Source: an uncultured Bacteroidales bacterium
GTDB taxonomy: Bacteria > Bacteroidota > Bacteroidia > Bacteroidales > UBA4181
Length of the DNA: 58,956 nucleotides
Assembly: GCA_964451605.1 (NCBI GenBank)
Contig: CAYVJA010000002.1
Location: forward strand, 39,969 to 98,924
Reading direction: 5' to 3'
The translations under genes were made by a program, and so were the position numbers. Positions 10,171-19,466 of the stretch are shown piece after piece; the first letter of the stretch is position 1; the number at the start of each line of letters is the position of its first letter. The notes beneath the pieces were generated by a model. It was given only the letters and a program-made list of their open reading frames with translations, searched no databases and was not told the origin of the DNA.

Positions 10171-10341
10171 TTATTCCGGATGGATGGCTTCTACCGGACA
10201 AACGTCCGCACAAGCTCCGCAATCAGTACAGATTTCGGGGTCAATTGAGTACACATCGCCTTCGGAAATGGCTTCAACCGGACATTCTCCGATGCAGCTG
10301 CCACATGCCGTGCAATCGTTGGGATTAATTTTGTGAGGCAT
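10171..10341 (-). CDS. 2x[4Fe-4S] ferredoxin (56 aa; missing from the ORF track, which cuts off near 60 aa)
   Basis: Hand translation gives MPHKINPNDCTACGSCIGECPVEAISEGDVYSIDPEICTDCGACADVCPVEAIHPE*. It carries two CxxCxxCxxxCP motifs. The track ORF 10191-10373 is a different frame of the same strand. Confidence 0.85.
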   Translation of the reverse strand: MPHKINPNDCTACGSCIGECPVEAISEGDVYSIDPEICTDCGACADVCPVEAIHPE

Positions 10342-10413
10342 TGTTCTGTTTTTTTGGTGAATAAGTGACGCAAAGCTATTTTATTTTTCGCTGAATTACA
10401 AAAAGCGATGGAG

Positions 10414-12624
10414 TTATTCTTTGATCAATCTGATATGGTCTATCAGCACCCGATTATCGGATCCATTCATATTTTCGTTCTGCGATTCATATTCGATGCT
10501 TATTGTATGACTCCCTTTCGACAGACGCGCACGAAGCGGGTTGCTGTATGCCCAATCCGACCAGGCGTTTTCGCCCCGTTGAGGCATCACAAAGGCATCG
10601 AGTTGGGTGTTGTCGACATAGAGTTGCCGAATGGCACATTTGTCACCCCCATCAATGGGCCCGTTGCCATTCGCATAGCGGACATCTATAAGATAGACAT
10701 TCAATTTGTCGATGTTTACGGTATATTTCAGAACCCGGTTGCTCTTTGTGGTGAGATCCAGAAACCCGTTTCCCGTAAATCCTGTTGCGTTGAAAGAGGA
10801 GCGGGGTGCCGCAGATTCTGCCTCAACAATCTGGGTAGCCTGCGTGGGACTGAACAGGAAGGGAGCACCGCCGTACACCGAATAACCGTTCTTGTCGGAT
10901 GCTGCAAATATAAACTCGGCACTCAGGGCACTCTCTGTTAGGGTGAAGGCAGGCTCTGTGAGCTCTTTAACCACTGTTCCGTTCTGGAACACCTGGAATT
11001 TGGTAATGTCTTCGCGGGCAGAGAAGTTGAAAACGTTGTTCTCTTGTTTATACTGCAGATCGGGAGCCGCGGCAACGATGGGTTGAATGTTCAGCGTTGA
11101 TTCCTGTTTCTGACCATTCATCTCAATCTCGATGGTATGGGCACCTTCCATTTCGGCGGGAATGTAGAATTTCTCGGATGGAGCCCCGTCTATTTTAAAT
11201 GAACGGATACCGGTACCAAAGCCTGAAAGGGTAATGTCGAGAACGGCTTTCCTGTATTTCAGCCCCGAAAGTTTTTTTACTCCTCCCAGTTTTTCGGGAA
11301 CAATAGGGAAAAATGCCAGACCTTTGGCCTGAAAATCAAGGCCGAAATAGACCCTGAATACCACCGACAGATTGGCAGCAATACTCCAGAGGTGTCCGTC
11401 GGCTTTGGCTACCTGTGCTTCTGTTCCACCAGTTTGCGATGATACCGCCAGTCGGTTGGAAAGGAGCAGTGAGGCAGGCCGATAGATAGAGGAGATGGCA
11501 TAAAGGGCTGCCGTGGCGTTTTTGCTCTTGGCAGCGGCCCATGCCCAGTATCCGTTAACCATGGGGTAGATCGACCCGCTTACACCCGGCTCGTTGGGAG
11601 CTCCTGCCGGAAACGAGGCGGGAAGGCCAAAGGGGGTGCCGGGAGTTTGAGCAAGCAGACTGGCCGATTGTTGGTCGTTGGCAATATCGAAGAGAACCGA
11701 GAGAGCCTCTCCCAGCGATTCGGCACGGTTGGAGGGAATGTGAAAATTACGTCCGTACAGGAATTCATTGTAGTACCCTTTTTCAGGATTCCACAAATAT
11801 TTATTGATTCCGATGGAGACCTTTTTCGATTGGGCCATGAAACCTCCCGAGGGTTGTCCCAGCTCGGCAGCCATCTGTTCGGCCACCCGGAACACCTGAT
11901 AGTAGGTGGCATTGTTGGTAAGACTCATGGTGGTGAATACATCAACCGGTTCCATGTAGGAGGGGAGGTTCTTTCCCGGTGTTCCTCTGAAGTACGATCC
12001 GCCCGAGATCAAAGAGTACTGGCGGTTCAAGAGTACCTTGAGATCTTCGTTGAGTGCATTGACGGTAACCCCGTAAGCATCCATAAGAAAGTTTTTGTCG
12101 CCGGTAATTTTGTAGTAGTCCCACGCCGAGAGAATCCAGGAGACACGGTCGACCCATACTGGCCAGGAGCCGCCTAAGCCGGGCTCCTGTAAAATGCGAC
12201 CTGCCTTTACCTTGCTTGTAAGCGTGGCTTTCACGGCTTCCGGAGCCACAACTCCCAGGCCAAGAAATCCGGCATACCCGATATCACGGGTGGAGATATC
12301 TGACGCACCTTTCGACGAAACCAACCTCCCTTCGGGGGTAAGGTTACGTGACAACTCTTCTACAGAAAGGTTGTACATGGCCTCTGTGATAGGGATGTCG
12401 GAGGTAAAGCGCGGAAAGGCCGACAGGTCGGCCGACAGCTTCCAGCTTCCGGCCTGTTCGAAATCCGATTCAATCTCGGTTGCCGAAATTACAGTGGCCG
12501 CCGATTTTTCTTGTTCAACTTTGTCGGCGTAAAGTTTGTATGCATCGGTTTTAAAGAGCGAGGTATCGTTACATGCCGAAAGGATGAATAACGACGCCAG
12601 GAGAAGAAAAGCGATTCTGTTCAT
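10414..12624 (-). CDS. putative (alpha/alpha)6-barrel glycoside hydrolase lipoprotein with C-terminal CBM6/CBM35-like domain
   Basis: Lipoprotein signal (…LFILSAC). The central region resembles six-hairpin glycosidases (GDE_C/GH63-like). The C-terminal ~130 aa resemble CBM6/35 (…GFTGNGFLDL…YLIDVRYANG…WSDW…LSKGSHTISI…IDHIRL). The family assignment is not certain. Confidence 0.6.
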   Translation of the reverse strand: MNRIAFLLLASLFILSACNDTSLFKTDAYKLYADKVEQEKSAATVISATEIESDFEQAGSWKLSADLSAFPRFTSDIPITEAMYNLSVEELSRNLTPEGRLVSSKGASDISTRDIGYAGFLGLGVVAPEAVKATLTSKVKAGRILQEPGLGGSWPVWVDRVSWILSAWDYYKITGDKNFLMDAYGVTVNALNEDLKVLLNRQYSLISGGSYFRGTPGKNLPSYMEPVDVFTTMSLTNNATYYQVFRVAEQMAAELGQPSGGFMAQSKKVSIGINKYLWNPEKGYYNEFLYGRNFHIPSNRAESLGEALSVLFDIANDQQSASLLAQTPGTPFGLPASFPAGAPNEPGVSGSIYPMVNGYWAWAAAKSKNATAALYAISSIYRPASLLLSNRLAVSSQTGGTEAQVAKADGHLWSIAANLSVVFRVYFGLDFQAKGLAFFPIVPEKLGGVKKLSGLKYRKAVLDITLSGFGTGIRSFKIDGAPSEKFYIPAEMEGAHTIEIEMNGQKQESTLNIQPIVAAAPDLQYKQENNVFNFSAREDITKFQVFQNGTVVKELTEPAFTLTESALSAEFIFAASDKNGYSVYGGAPFLFSPTQATQIVEAESAAPRSSFNATGFTGNGFLDLTTKSNRVLKYTVNIDKLNVYLIDVRYANGNGPIDGGDKCAIRQLYVDNTQLDAFVMPQRGENAWSDWAYSNPLRARLSKGSHTISIEYESQNENMNGSDNRVLIDHIRLIKE

Positions 12625-12737
12625 ACTATGTAGGTTTAGACGAGTTAGTTTCGTTGCGAACTAAAGGTAAAGTTATACCCTTTTTTGGATAACTACACAG
12701 AAAAACTTATCTTTCATTCACAACAAGTCGCTTTCGC

Positions 12738-13289
12738 ATGAGCCCCTCCGATTTATTCAATTTTCTCTCGCAACGCCAAAGTGTGCGGAGTTTTCTGCCA
12801 CAACCTGTCGAACCCGAAAAGCTTACCCGATGTCTCGAAGCCGCCCGGCTTGCTCCCTCGGCATGTAACGCTCAGCCCTGGACTTTTGTCGTGGTGACAG
12901 AGCCCCTTTTGCGGGAACAGGTGGCCGAAGCAGCGTCAGGAGGAGTGCTCCCGCTGAACCATTTCACCCGGCAGGCTCCGGTATTAATTGTGGTGGTAAG
13001 AGAATCGCCCAACTTCACTTCGGGTGTGGGTCAGGCCGTGAAAAACAAGGAGTTCACCGTGATGGACGTGGGTATGGCCACACTGCAACTCTCGCTCCAG
13101 GCCACAGCCGAAGGGCTGGGGAGCTGCATCCTGGGCTGGTTCAACGAAAAGCGGGTTAAAGAGCTGCTGGCCATTCCCCTCCGAAAAAGAGCCGAATTAC
13201 TAGTGGCGCTCGGCTACCCGGCCTCGCCCGGCATTCGGCCCAAACTGCGCAAACCTCTGGCGGAGATAGTGAGGTATAACCGGTACTAA
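12738..13289 (+). CDS. nitroreductase family protein
   Basis: 183 aa with RQSVRSF…EAARLAPSACNAQPW, typical of the NADH oxidase/flavin nitroreductase fold. Confidence 0.88.
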   Translation: MSPSDLFNFLSQRQSVRSFLPQPVEPEKLTRCLEAARLAPSACNAQPWTFVVVTEPLLREQVAEAASGGVLPLNHFTRQAPVLIVVVRESPNFTSGVGQAVKNKEFTVMDVGMATLQLSLQATAEGLGSCILGWFNEKRVKELLAIPLRKRAELLVALGYPASPGIRPKLRKPLAEIVRYNRY

Positions 13290-13451
13290 TTAGTGCTCTG
13301 GTGCTCTAGTGCTCTAGTGCTGCGCTTCGCGCAAAAAAATATTGTTCGCGCTTGCGCGTATATCTCTTTTTAAAACTCTCGAAGCGCATAGCGCTTCGAT
13401 GCACTTGCGCGTAAGCGCGATGCACCAGAGCATTAAAGCATTAGAGCACTA
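13287..13451. repeat. Intergenic repeat copy C (about 165-bp imperfect palindrome)
   Basis: The left arm is TTAGTGCTCTG GTGCTCTA GTGCTCTA GTGCTGCGCTTCGCGC. The centre has the hairpin CGAAGCGCataGCGCTTCG (13380-13398). The right arm is …GCACCAGAGCAT TAAAGCAT TAGAGCAC TA. It spans the whole gap between the convergent stop codons. Confidence 0.9.
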
Positions 13452-14756
13452 TTTCTGCCGGAAGTAGAGTTGTATCGGCACTCCTGTGAAGTTGTAGATT
13501 TCGCGCATCCGGTTTTCGAGGTATCGTTTGTAGGGCTCTTTTACGTATTGGGGAAGGTTGCAGAAGAAGACAAACGAGGGCGACGGGGTGGGGAGTTGTG
13601 TGATGTATTTTACTTTGATGTATTTCCCTTTCCAGGCGGGAGGGGGGTAGTTTTCGATGACCGGCAGAAGATCCTGGTTGAGTTGTGAGGTGGAGATGCG
13701 GCGGTTGCGATTTTCGTACACTGCCATGGCCACTTCTAATACCTTATGAATACGTTGTTTGGTGAGTGCGGAGACAAAGAGAATATCTACGTCGGTAAAG
13801 GGCGCAAGTCGTTGCTTTATGACCTGTTCGAACTCTTTGGCTGTTTGTGTCTCTTTCTCAATCAGATCCCATTTGTTTACCAGAATCACTAACCCTTTTT
13901 TGTTCGACTGGATAACCCGCAGAATGCTCATATCCTGCGATTCAATTCCCCGGGTGGCATCCAGCATCAGAAGGCAGACGTCGGAATTTTCGATGGTTTT
14001 TATGGCACGGGTCACCGAATAGAATTCGACGTTGTCCATGTAGCTGGTTTTCTTCCGAAGCCCGGCGGTATCTACCAGATAGAAGTCGTGGTTGTATTTG
14101 TTGTAGCGGGTAAATATGGAATCGCGGGTGGTGCCTGCTATCGAGGTTACTATATTGCGTTCTTCTCCGATGAGTGCATTAAGCAGCGACGATTTTCCGG
14201 CATTGGGACGACCCACAATGGCAAAGCGGGGAAGGTTTTCGGTAGGCTCTTCGGGCCCGGTATCGGGCAGCAACTCCAAAATTTTGTCGAGGATATCGCC
14301 TGTTCCGCTTCCGTTGATGGCCGAGAGGGTCAGATAGTCGCCAAGCCCCATGGCATGGAAGACGGGTGCCTCGAAGTGGCGGTCGTTATTGTCGACCTTA
14401 TTCACCAACAGCAGAATGGGCTTTTTGCATCGGCGCAACATATCTGCCACCTCTTGGTCGAGAGGAGTAATGCCCTGGGTAACGTCGGTAACGAAGAGAA
14501 TTAGGTCGGCCTCCTCAACAGCCAGCATAACCTGTTTTCGGATCTCCCCTTCAAAGATGTCGTCCGACTGATGGATATATCCTCCGGTGTCGATCAGGGT
14601 AAATTCTCTGCCGTTCCACTCTACGTTTCCGTAGTGGCGGTCGCGGGTAACCCCTTCCGATTCATCAATAATTGCGTTTCTGGTGCCGGTAAGACGGTTA
14701 AAAAGGGTCGATTTTCCCACATTGGGTCTGCCTACCACGGCTACGATATTGCTCAT
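13449..14756 (-). CDS. der: ribosome biogenesis GTPase Der (EngA)
   Basis: Two tandem GTPase domains (GRPNVGKST… and GRPNAGKSS…) plus a KH-like C-terminus; 435 aa. Confidence 0.95.
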   Translation of the reverse strand: MSNIVAVVGRPNVGKSTLFNRLTGTRNAIIDESEGVTRDRHYGNVEWNGREFTLIDTGGYIHQSDDIFEGEIRKQVMLAVEEADLILFVTDVTQGITPLDQEVADMLRRCKKPILLLVNKVDNNDRHFEAPVFHAMGLGDYLTLSAINGSGTGDILDKILELLPDTGPEEPTENLPRFAIVGRPNAGKSSLLNALIGEERNIVTSIAGTTRDSIFTRYNKYNHDFYLVDTAGLRKKTSYMDNVEFYSVTRAIKTIENSDVCLLMLDATRGIESQDMSILRVIQSNKKGLVILVNKWDLIEKETQTAKEFEQVIKQRLAPFTDVDILFVSALTKQRIHKVLEVAMAVYENRNRRISTSQLNQDLLPVIENYPPPAWKGKYIKVKYITQLPTPSPSFVFFCNLPQYVKEPYKRYLENRMREIYNFTGVPIQLYFRQK

Positions 14757-14781
14757 ATGCTGTTTTGTGCTTGTTCTGATC

Positions 14782-15666
14782 TTACGATTCTATGTATCCC
14801 AGTCTGCGAAGGTTGCGTTCGCTGTTTCGCCAACCGGATTCAACTTTGACGAAAACCTCCAGATAGACCTTCTTCCCGAAGAATTTTTCCATATCTAACC
14901 GGGCCTGCGTGTTGGTGCGCTTCAGAGCAGCTCCCTGTTTTCCTATCAGTATCCCCTTTTGGGAATCGCGCTCCACCAGAATCAGCGCCTGGATGCGAAT
15001 CAGATTCTCCTCTTCTTTGAAGGTCTCAACCACCACTTCGGTACAGTAAGGAATCTCTTCCTGGTAATAGAGGAAGATTTTCTCGCGAAGGATCTCCGAC
15101 ACAAAGAACCGTTCGGGTTTGTCGGTTAGCTCATCTTCAGGGAAATAGGCCGGTCCTTCGGGCAGCAGGGTAATCACTCTTTGCATCACTTCGTCAATCT
15201 GGAAGTGCTGTTTGGCCGAAACCGGATAGATTTCGGCACGGGGGAGCCTTTCCCGCCACTCCGAAACCAATTTTTCGAGCGAGGCGGTGTCGGAGAGGTC
15301 AACTTTGTTAATCAGTACCAGTACAGGAATCTCTATTTCCGACAATTTTTCGATGTATGAACTGTTCTTTTCGGCCGACTCAACTACATCGGTAACGTAC
15401 AGTAACACATCGGCATCGGTGATGGCACTCTTTACAAAACTCATCATCGATTCCTGCAGTTTGTAGGCCGGCTTGAGAATACCCGGTGTGTCGGAGAATA
15501 CGGCCTGGTACCCGGGGCCATTCACAATGCCGAGGATCCTGTGGCGGGTGGTTTGTGCTTTAGGGGTGACAATCGACATCCGTTCGCCGGTAAAGGCATT
15601 CATCAGGGTCGACTTTCCCACATTGGGATTCCCTATGATGTTCACAAAACCTGATTTGAAGTTCAT
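14782..15666 (-). CDS. era: GTPase Era
   Basis: G1 motif [17 protein letters not shown], and a C-terminal KH domain; 294 aa. Confidence 0.95.
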   Translation of the reverse strand: MNFKSGFVNIIGNPNVGKSTLMNAFTGERMSIVTPKAQTTRHRILGIVNGPGYQAVFSDTPGILKPAYKLQESMMSFVKSAITDADVLLYVTDVVESAEKNSSYIEKLSEIEIPVLVLINKVDLSDTASLEKLVSEWRERLPRAEIYPVSAKQHFQIDEVMQRVITLLPEGPAYFPEDELTDKPERFFVSEILREKIFLYYQEEIPYCTEVVVETFKEEENLIRIQALILVERDSQKGILIGKQGAALKRTNTQARLDMEKFFGKKVYLEVFVKVESGWRNSERNLRRLGYIES

Positions 15667-15725
15667 CTCTATTATTTTGGGGGCAAAGGTACTACAATAG
15701 AACCACCTGCAAAAGGGCGGCCGCG

Positions 15726-16967
15726 TTATTGGAAGCGGATCGATTTATCGGGACTGATGTGGGCAATAATCATGGAGGGAAGAAGCAGCATACTCCATAC
15801 AGCCAACAGCGTTCCCCCGTTTAACAGGAGGATATGAACCAGGTTGAATTCAACCGGCACCTCGGCCAAAAAGTATTGCGATTGGTCGAGTGTGAGGATA
15901 CCGGTACTATATTGAATAAACAGCAGCCCCAACCCGATCAGGTTGCCCCAGAAGAGCCCCTTTAGAATCACCGAGAAGGATTGCATGAGGAAGATGTTCC
16001 GGATAAAGGGATTTGATGCGCCCAGCGACTTGAGTATTCCAATGGTTCGGGTGCGCTCCAGAATCATGATGAGCAGTCCCGATATCATGTTAAATCCGGC
16101 CACCAGAACCATCAGGGTGAGAATAATCCAGACATTGGTGTCGATAATGCGGAGCCAGTCGAAAATTTGGGCATACCGGTCGGTTACACTGATTACCTGG
16201 AGTGTTGCATCGGTGTCGGAATAGTTGGTACCCACGGTATCGTACACCTTGGGATAGAACCGTTCAACCTGCCGGAAGTCGTGAAAGAAGATTTCGAATC
16301 CGCTGATGTAGTCGGAAGGCCATTGGTTCAACCGTTGGATATGGGCGATATCGATAAGGGCAAAAAATTTATCGAACTCTTCGAGTCCTGTTTCATAGAT
16401 TCCAGCCACGACAAATTTTCGGGCTCTGGGAGGATTCTGCATAAACCAGACCGACAGAGAGTCGCCGGGCTGTAAAGCCAGTTGTCGGGCTGTGTAAAGG
16501 GAAATCAGGATGTTGTTGCTCCTGAGGGTATCGGAGGGGGTCCAGGAGTTGCCCTCCGACAGGTTATTTTTGAAAAACGACCAGTCGAAGTCGGATCCAA
16601 TCCCTTTTAGTATCAGTCCACTGGTGGCAACATCGGTTTTGGCCAGCCCCGGTTTGGTGGCGAAGGTCTGGATATGGCGGATTTCGGGAATTTCTGCCAG
16701 CTCTCCGAGAAAAGATTGATTGCGCTTGATGGGCCGGGTTTCGTACGATAGGTTGGAGTCGTAGTTGACAATCTGTACGTGTGCTGCGAATCCGGTTACT
16801 TTATTGGCAATCTGGTGCCGGAATCCGGTTACTACCGATATAGCAATCAGCATCACGGCAAGACTCATTGCCACCCCAAAGGTGGTGATTCGCATCACAG
16901 AGCTCACCCTCTTTTTTTCGGGAGCTTCTGCGGCAAAACGCCGGGCAATGAATAGGGGAGTGTTCAA
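15726..16967 (-). CDS. FtsX/LolC/LolE-family ABC transporter permease
   Basis: 413 aa with the N-terminus MNTPLFIARRF, a MacB-like periplasmic domain and a C-terminal FtsX domain. The start codon appears to be TTG. Confidence 0.85.
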   Translation of the reverse strand: MNTPLFIARRFAAEAPEKKRVSSVMRITTFGVAMSLAVMLIAISVVTGFRHQIANKVTGFAAHVQIVNYDSNLSYETRPIKRNQSFLGELAEIPEIRHIQTFATKPGLAKTDVATSGLILKGIGSDFDWSFFKNNLSEGNSWTPSDTLRSNNILISLYTARQLALQPGDSLSVWFMQNPPRARKFVVAGIYETGLEEFDKFFALIDIAHIQRLNQWPSDYISGFEIFFHDFRQVERFYPKVYDTVGTNYSDTDATLQVISVTDRYAQIFDWLRIIDTNVWIILTLMVLVAGFNMISGLLIMILERTRTIGILKSLGASNPFIRNIFLMQSFSVILKGLFWGNLIGLGLLFIQYSTGILTLDQSQYFLAEVPVEFNLVHILLLNGGTLLAVWSMLLLPSMIIAHISPDKSIRFQ

Positions 16968-17010
16968 CGCGTGGTGTCTGAAGATGATGGCAAAAGTACA
17001 AAAGAATTGT

Positions 17011-17018
17011 TAATTTTG
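17011..17018 (+). promoter_or_regulatory. -7 box TAatTTTG upstream of the DUF1343 gene
   Basis: Exact TAnnTTTG match, 83 nt upstream of the ATG at 17101. Confidence 0.4.
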
Positions 17019-17100
17019 GCAGTTGAACCGCTTCTCCCTGAACGCTTGCCAATGGCTTGTCCTGCAAGGTTTGTTGCCCGGAGGAGGATAATTCTTTTCG

Positions 17101-18279
17101 ATGAGACATTCCCTTGCTATTATTGCTGCTTTGCTCTTTATTATGGTCACTTCGCCCCTCTTTGCTCAGGATGAGGTGGAGGTGGGCGCTGCCCAGGTGG
17201 TGAGCTATGCCCCGTTTCTGAAAAATAAGAGCCTTGGCATTGTAGCAAATCAGACTTCAATGGTGGGTAATACCCATTTGGTAGATACCCTTCTGCGTAT
17301 GGATGCCAAGATTGTGCGCATCTTTTGCCCCGAACACGGATTCCGGGGCGATGCAGATGCCGGCGAAACCGTATCCTCGTACGTCGACCCTCAGACCGAT
17401 ATCCCTGTGGTTTCGCTCTATGGAGACCGAAAGAAGCCCACCACGGCACAACTGCAGGGAATCGACGTCATGTTTTTCGATCTGCAGGATGTGGGTGCCC
17501 GTTTTTACACTTACATTTCTACGCTCCATTATGTAATGGAGGCGTGTGCGCAAAACGGAATACCTCTGGTTATTCTCGATCGTCCAAATCCCAACGGCCA
17601 CTACGTGGACGGTCCGGTTATGGAGGCGGCCTATAAGTCGTTTGTAGGGATGCATCCGGTTCCCGTTGTACACGGGATGACGATTGGGGAGTACGCCCAG
17701 ATGATAAATGGAGAAGGATGGCTGGCTAACGGCATCTCCTGTAGTTTAATGGTAATCCCCTGCCGAAACTATACCCATTCTGTCCGCTATTTTCTGCCGG
17801 TGCCACCATCGCCCAATCTGAAGTCGATGATGGCAATCTATTTATATCCTTCTATCTGCTTCTTTGAGGGAACCTCATTCAGTTTGGGTAGAGGGACCTC
17901 CGATCCGTTTACGATGTATGGCCACCCCGATTTTCCTGATACCTCCTTTTCGTTTGTGCCGCAAAGTATGCCGGGTGCAAAGCTTCCTCCCCTGATGGGA
18001 CGGAAATGTTTTGGTGTCGACTTGAGCACAACAAATCCCGACTCTTTTTTCGAGAAACCCGGTTTGCGTATCTCCTATTTGCTCGATGCCTATAATCGTA
18101 CCCCCGACAAAGCCCGGTTTTTTGTACCCTATTTCGAAAAGCTTGCCGGAACAGCACAGTTGCGGGCGCAAATCCGGAAAGGGATGTCGGAAGAGGAGAT
18201 CAGGGCCACCTGGGAACCCAAATTACGCGAATTCCGCGAGATCCGGTCCCGCTACCTGATATACCGCGATTTTAAATAA
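17101..18279 (+). CDS. namZ: DUF1343 family protein (exo-beta-N-acetylmuramidase NamZ-like), secreted
   Basis: Signal peptide. The NQTSMVG…HLVD…IFCPEHGFRGD… pattern is typical of DUF1343/NamZ. Confidence 0.8.
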   Translation: MRHSLAIIAALLFIMVTSPLFAQDEVEVGAAQVVSYAPFLKNKSLGIVANQTSMVGNTHLVDTLLRMDAKIVRIFCPEHGFRGDADAGETVSSYVDPQTDIPVVSLYGDRKKPTTAQLQGIDVMFFDLQDVGARFYTYISTLHYVMEACAQNGIPLVILDRPNPNGHYVDGPVMEAAYKSFVGMHPVPVVHGMTIGEYAQMINGEGWLANGISCSLMVIPCRNYTHSVRYFLPVPPSPNLKSMMAIYLYPSICFFEGTSFSLGRGTSDPFTMYGHPDFPDTSFSFVPQSMPGAKLPPLMGRKCFGVDLSTTNPDSFFEKPGLRISYLLDAYNRTPDKARFFVPYFEKLAGTAQLRAQIRKGMSEEEIRATWEPKLREFREIRSRYLIYRDFK

Positions 18280-18313
18280 TTGTCAGGGCAAGCCGCGAAG
18301 AGCCTTCCGGCAA

Positions 18314-19285
18314 TCAGGCAAACAGGAGCAAAATGTAGCCGGTTGCCATCATCATGACGGCCACAACGCCAAAGAAGAGGGCTATCATCCTCCAGGTAAG
18401 AACCGTTTTTAGCAGAGTGGCTTCGGGCAGGGAAAGACCAATCACCGACATCATAAAGGTCATAGCCACCCCGAGAGGTATTCCCTTTTGTACCATTACC
18501 TCTATAACCGGCACAATTCCTGCTGCCTGAGCAAAGAAAGGTATGCCTGTGAGTACGGCTGCCGGAACAGCCAGCAGATGGCCCGATTGTAAAAACCTTT
18601 CAAAGTAGCCGGCCGGCAAATAGCCGTGCATCAGGGCACCCAAACCGATTCCGGCTATAAGGAAGGGCAAAATCCGGTTGAGCAGTTGCCACGAGTCGAT
18701 GGCCGATGCCTTTAGGTGCAGGGAAAAAGGGAGATTTCTGTTTGTCGCCTCTTCCGCCGGCTCAGGACTGGAGAGCAATTGTCGTACATTTTCCTGAAGC
18801 CCATCTTCAGGCCTGAGCCGATTCATAATCATGCCTCCCAATGTGCCCAGAGCGATTCCCGAGAAGAGATAAATCAGGGTAACCTTCAGGCCAAAACTGC
18901 CCAGCATCATGGCAATGGCAATCTCGTTAATGAGTGGCGAAGTGATTAAGAAGGAGAATCCGATTCCTGCGGGAAGCCCGGCTTTGATGAGACCGATAAA
19001 AATGGGAATCGACGAACAGGAGCAGAAGGGGGTAATGGCTCCGAAAAGAGATGCAGCGAGGTAGGAGAGCCAGGCCACCCTCTTTTGCTGCAGCAGTGCA
19101 CGTAGTTTTGTGGCGGGGTAGTATCGTTGCAGTAATCCCATCAGCATTGAGATGAGCAACACCAACAGAATCACCTTTACCGTCTGGCTCAGGAAAAATT
19201 CGGAAGCGCGCGTCGACGACTCTTCTGCGTTCCATCCGCATACATCGCACATCAGCCAGCGAAATACGGTTGCCAAAAGTATCAT
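18314..19285 (-). CDS. multi-pass membrane permease (UPF0718/ArsP-like)
   Basis: Hydrophobic multi-TM protein with a CSCSS motif (…ITPFCSCSSIPIF…). The start is uncertain: ATG at 19285 or 19252, or the TTG at 19345 used by the track. Confidence 0.7.
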   Translation of the reverse strand: MILLATVFRWLMCDVCGWNAEESSTRASEFFLSQTVKVILLVLLISMLMGLLQRYYPATKLRALLQQKRVAWLSYLAASLFGAITPFCSCSSIPIFIGLIKAGLPAGIGFSFLITSPLINEIAIAMMLGSFGLKVTLIYLFSGIALGTLGGMIMNRLRPEDGLQENVRQLLSSPEPAEEATNRNLPFSLHLKASAIDSWQLLNRILPFLIAGIGLGALMHGYLPAGYFERFLQSGHLLAVPAAVLTGIPFFAQAAGIVPVIEVMVQKGIPLGVAMTFMMSVIGLSLPEATLLKTVLTWRMIALFFGVVAVMMMATGYILLLFA

Positions 19286-19466
19286 TGTTGCGGAAAGTTT
19301 CGTTCGCGACAAAGGTAACGGGAATTGTAATAGCAACAGTATCAACAGTTCGGTTTTCCTCTGGATTATTTCTTGTTCTCCTTTGTCAAAAAGTCCGTTT
19401 ATACTGGCGAATTGTGAAACTTTTTCTAATTTTGATTTCTGCCAAACACTACTATTTAACCTTTAT

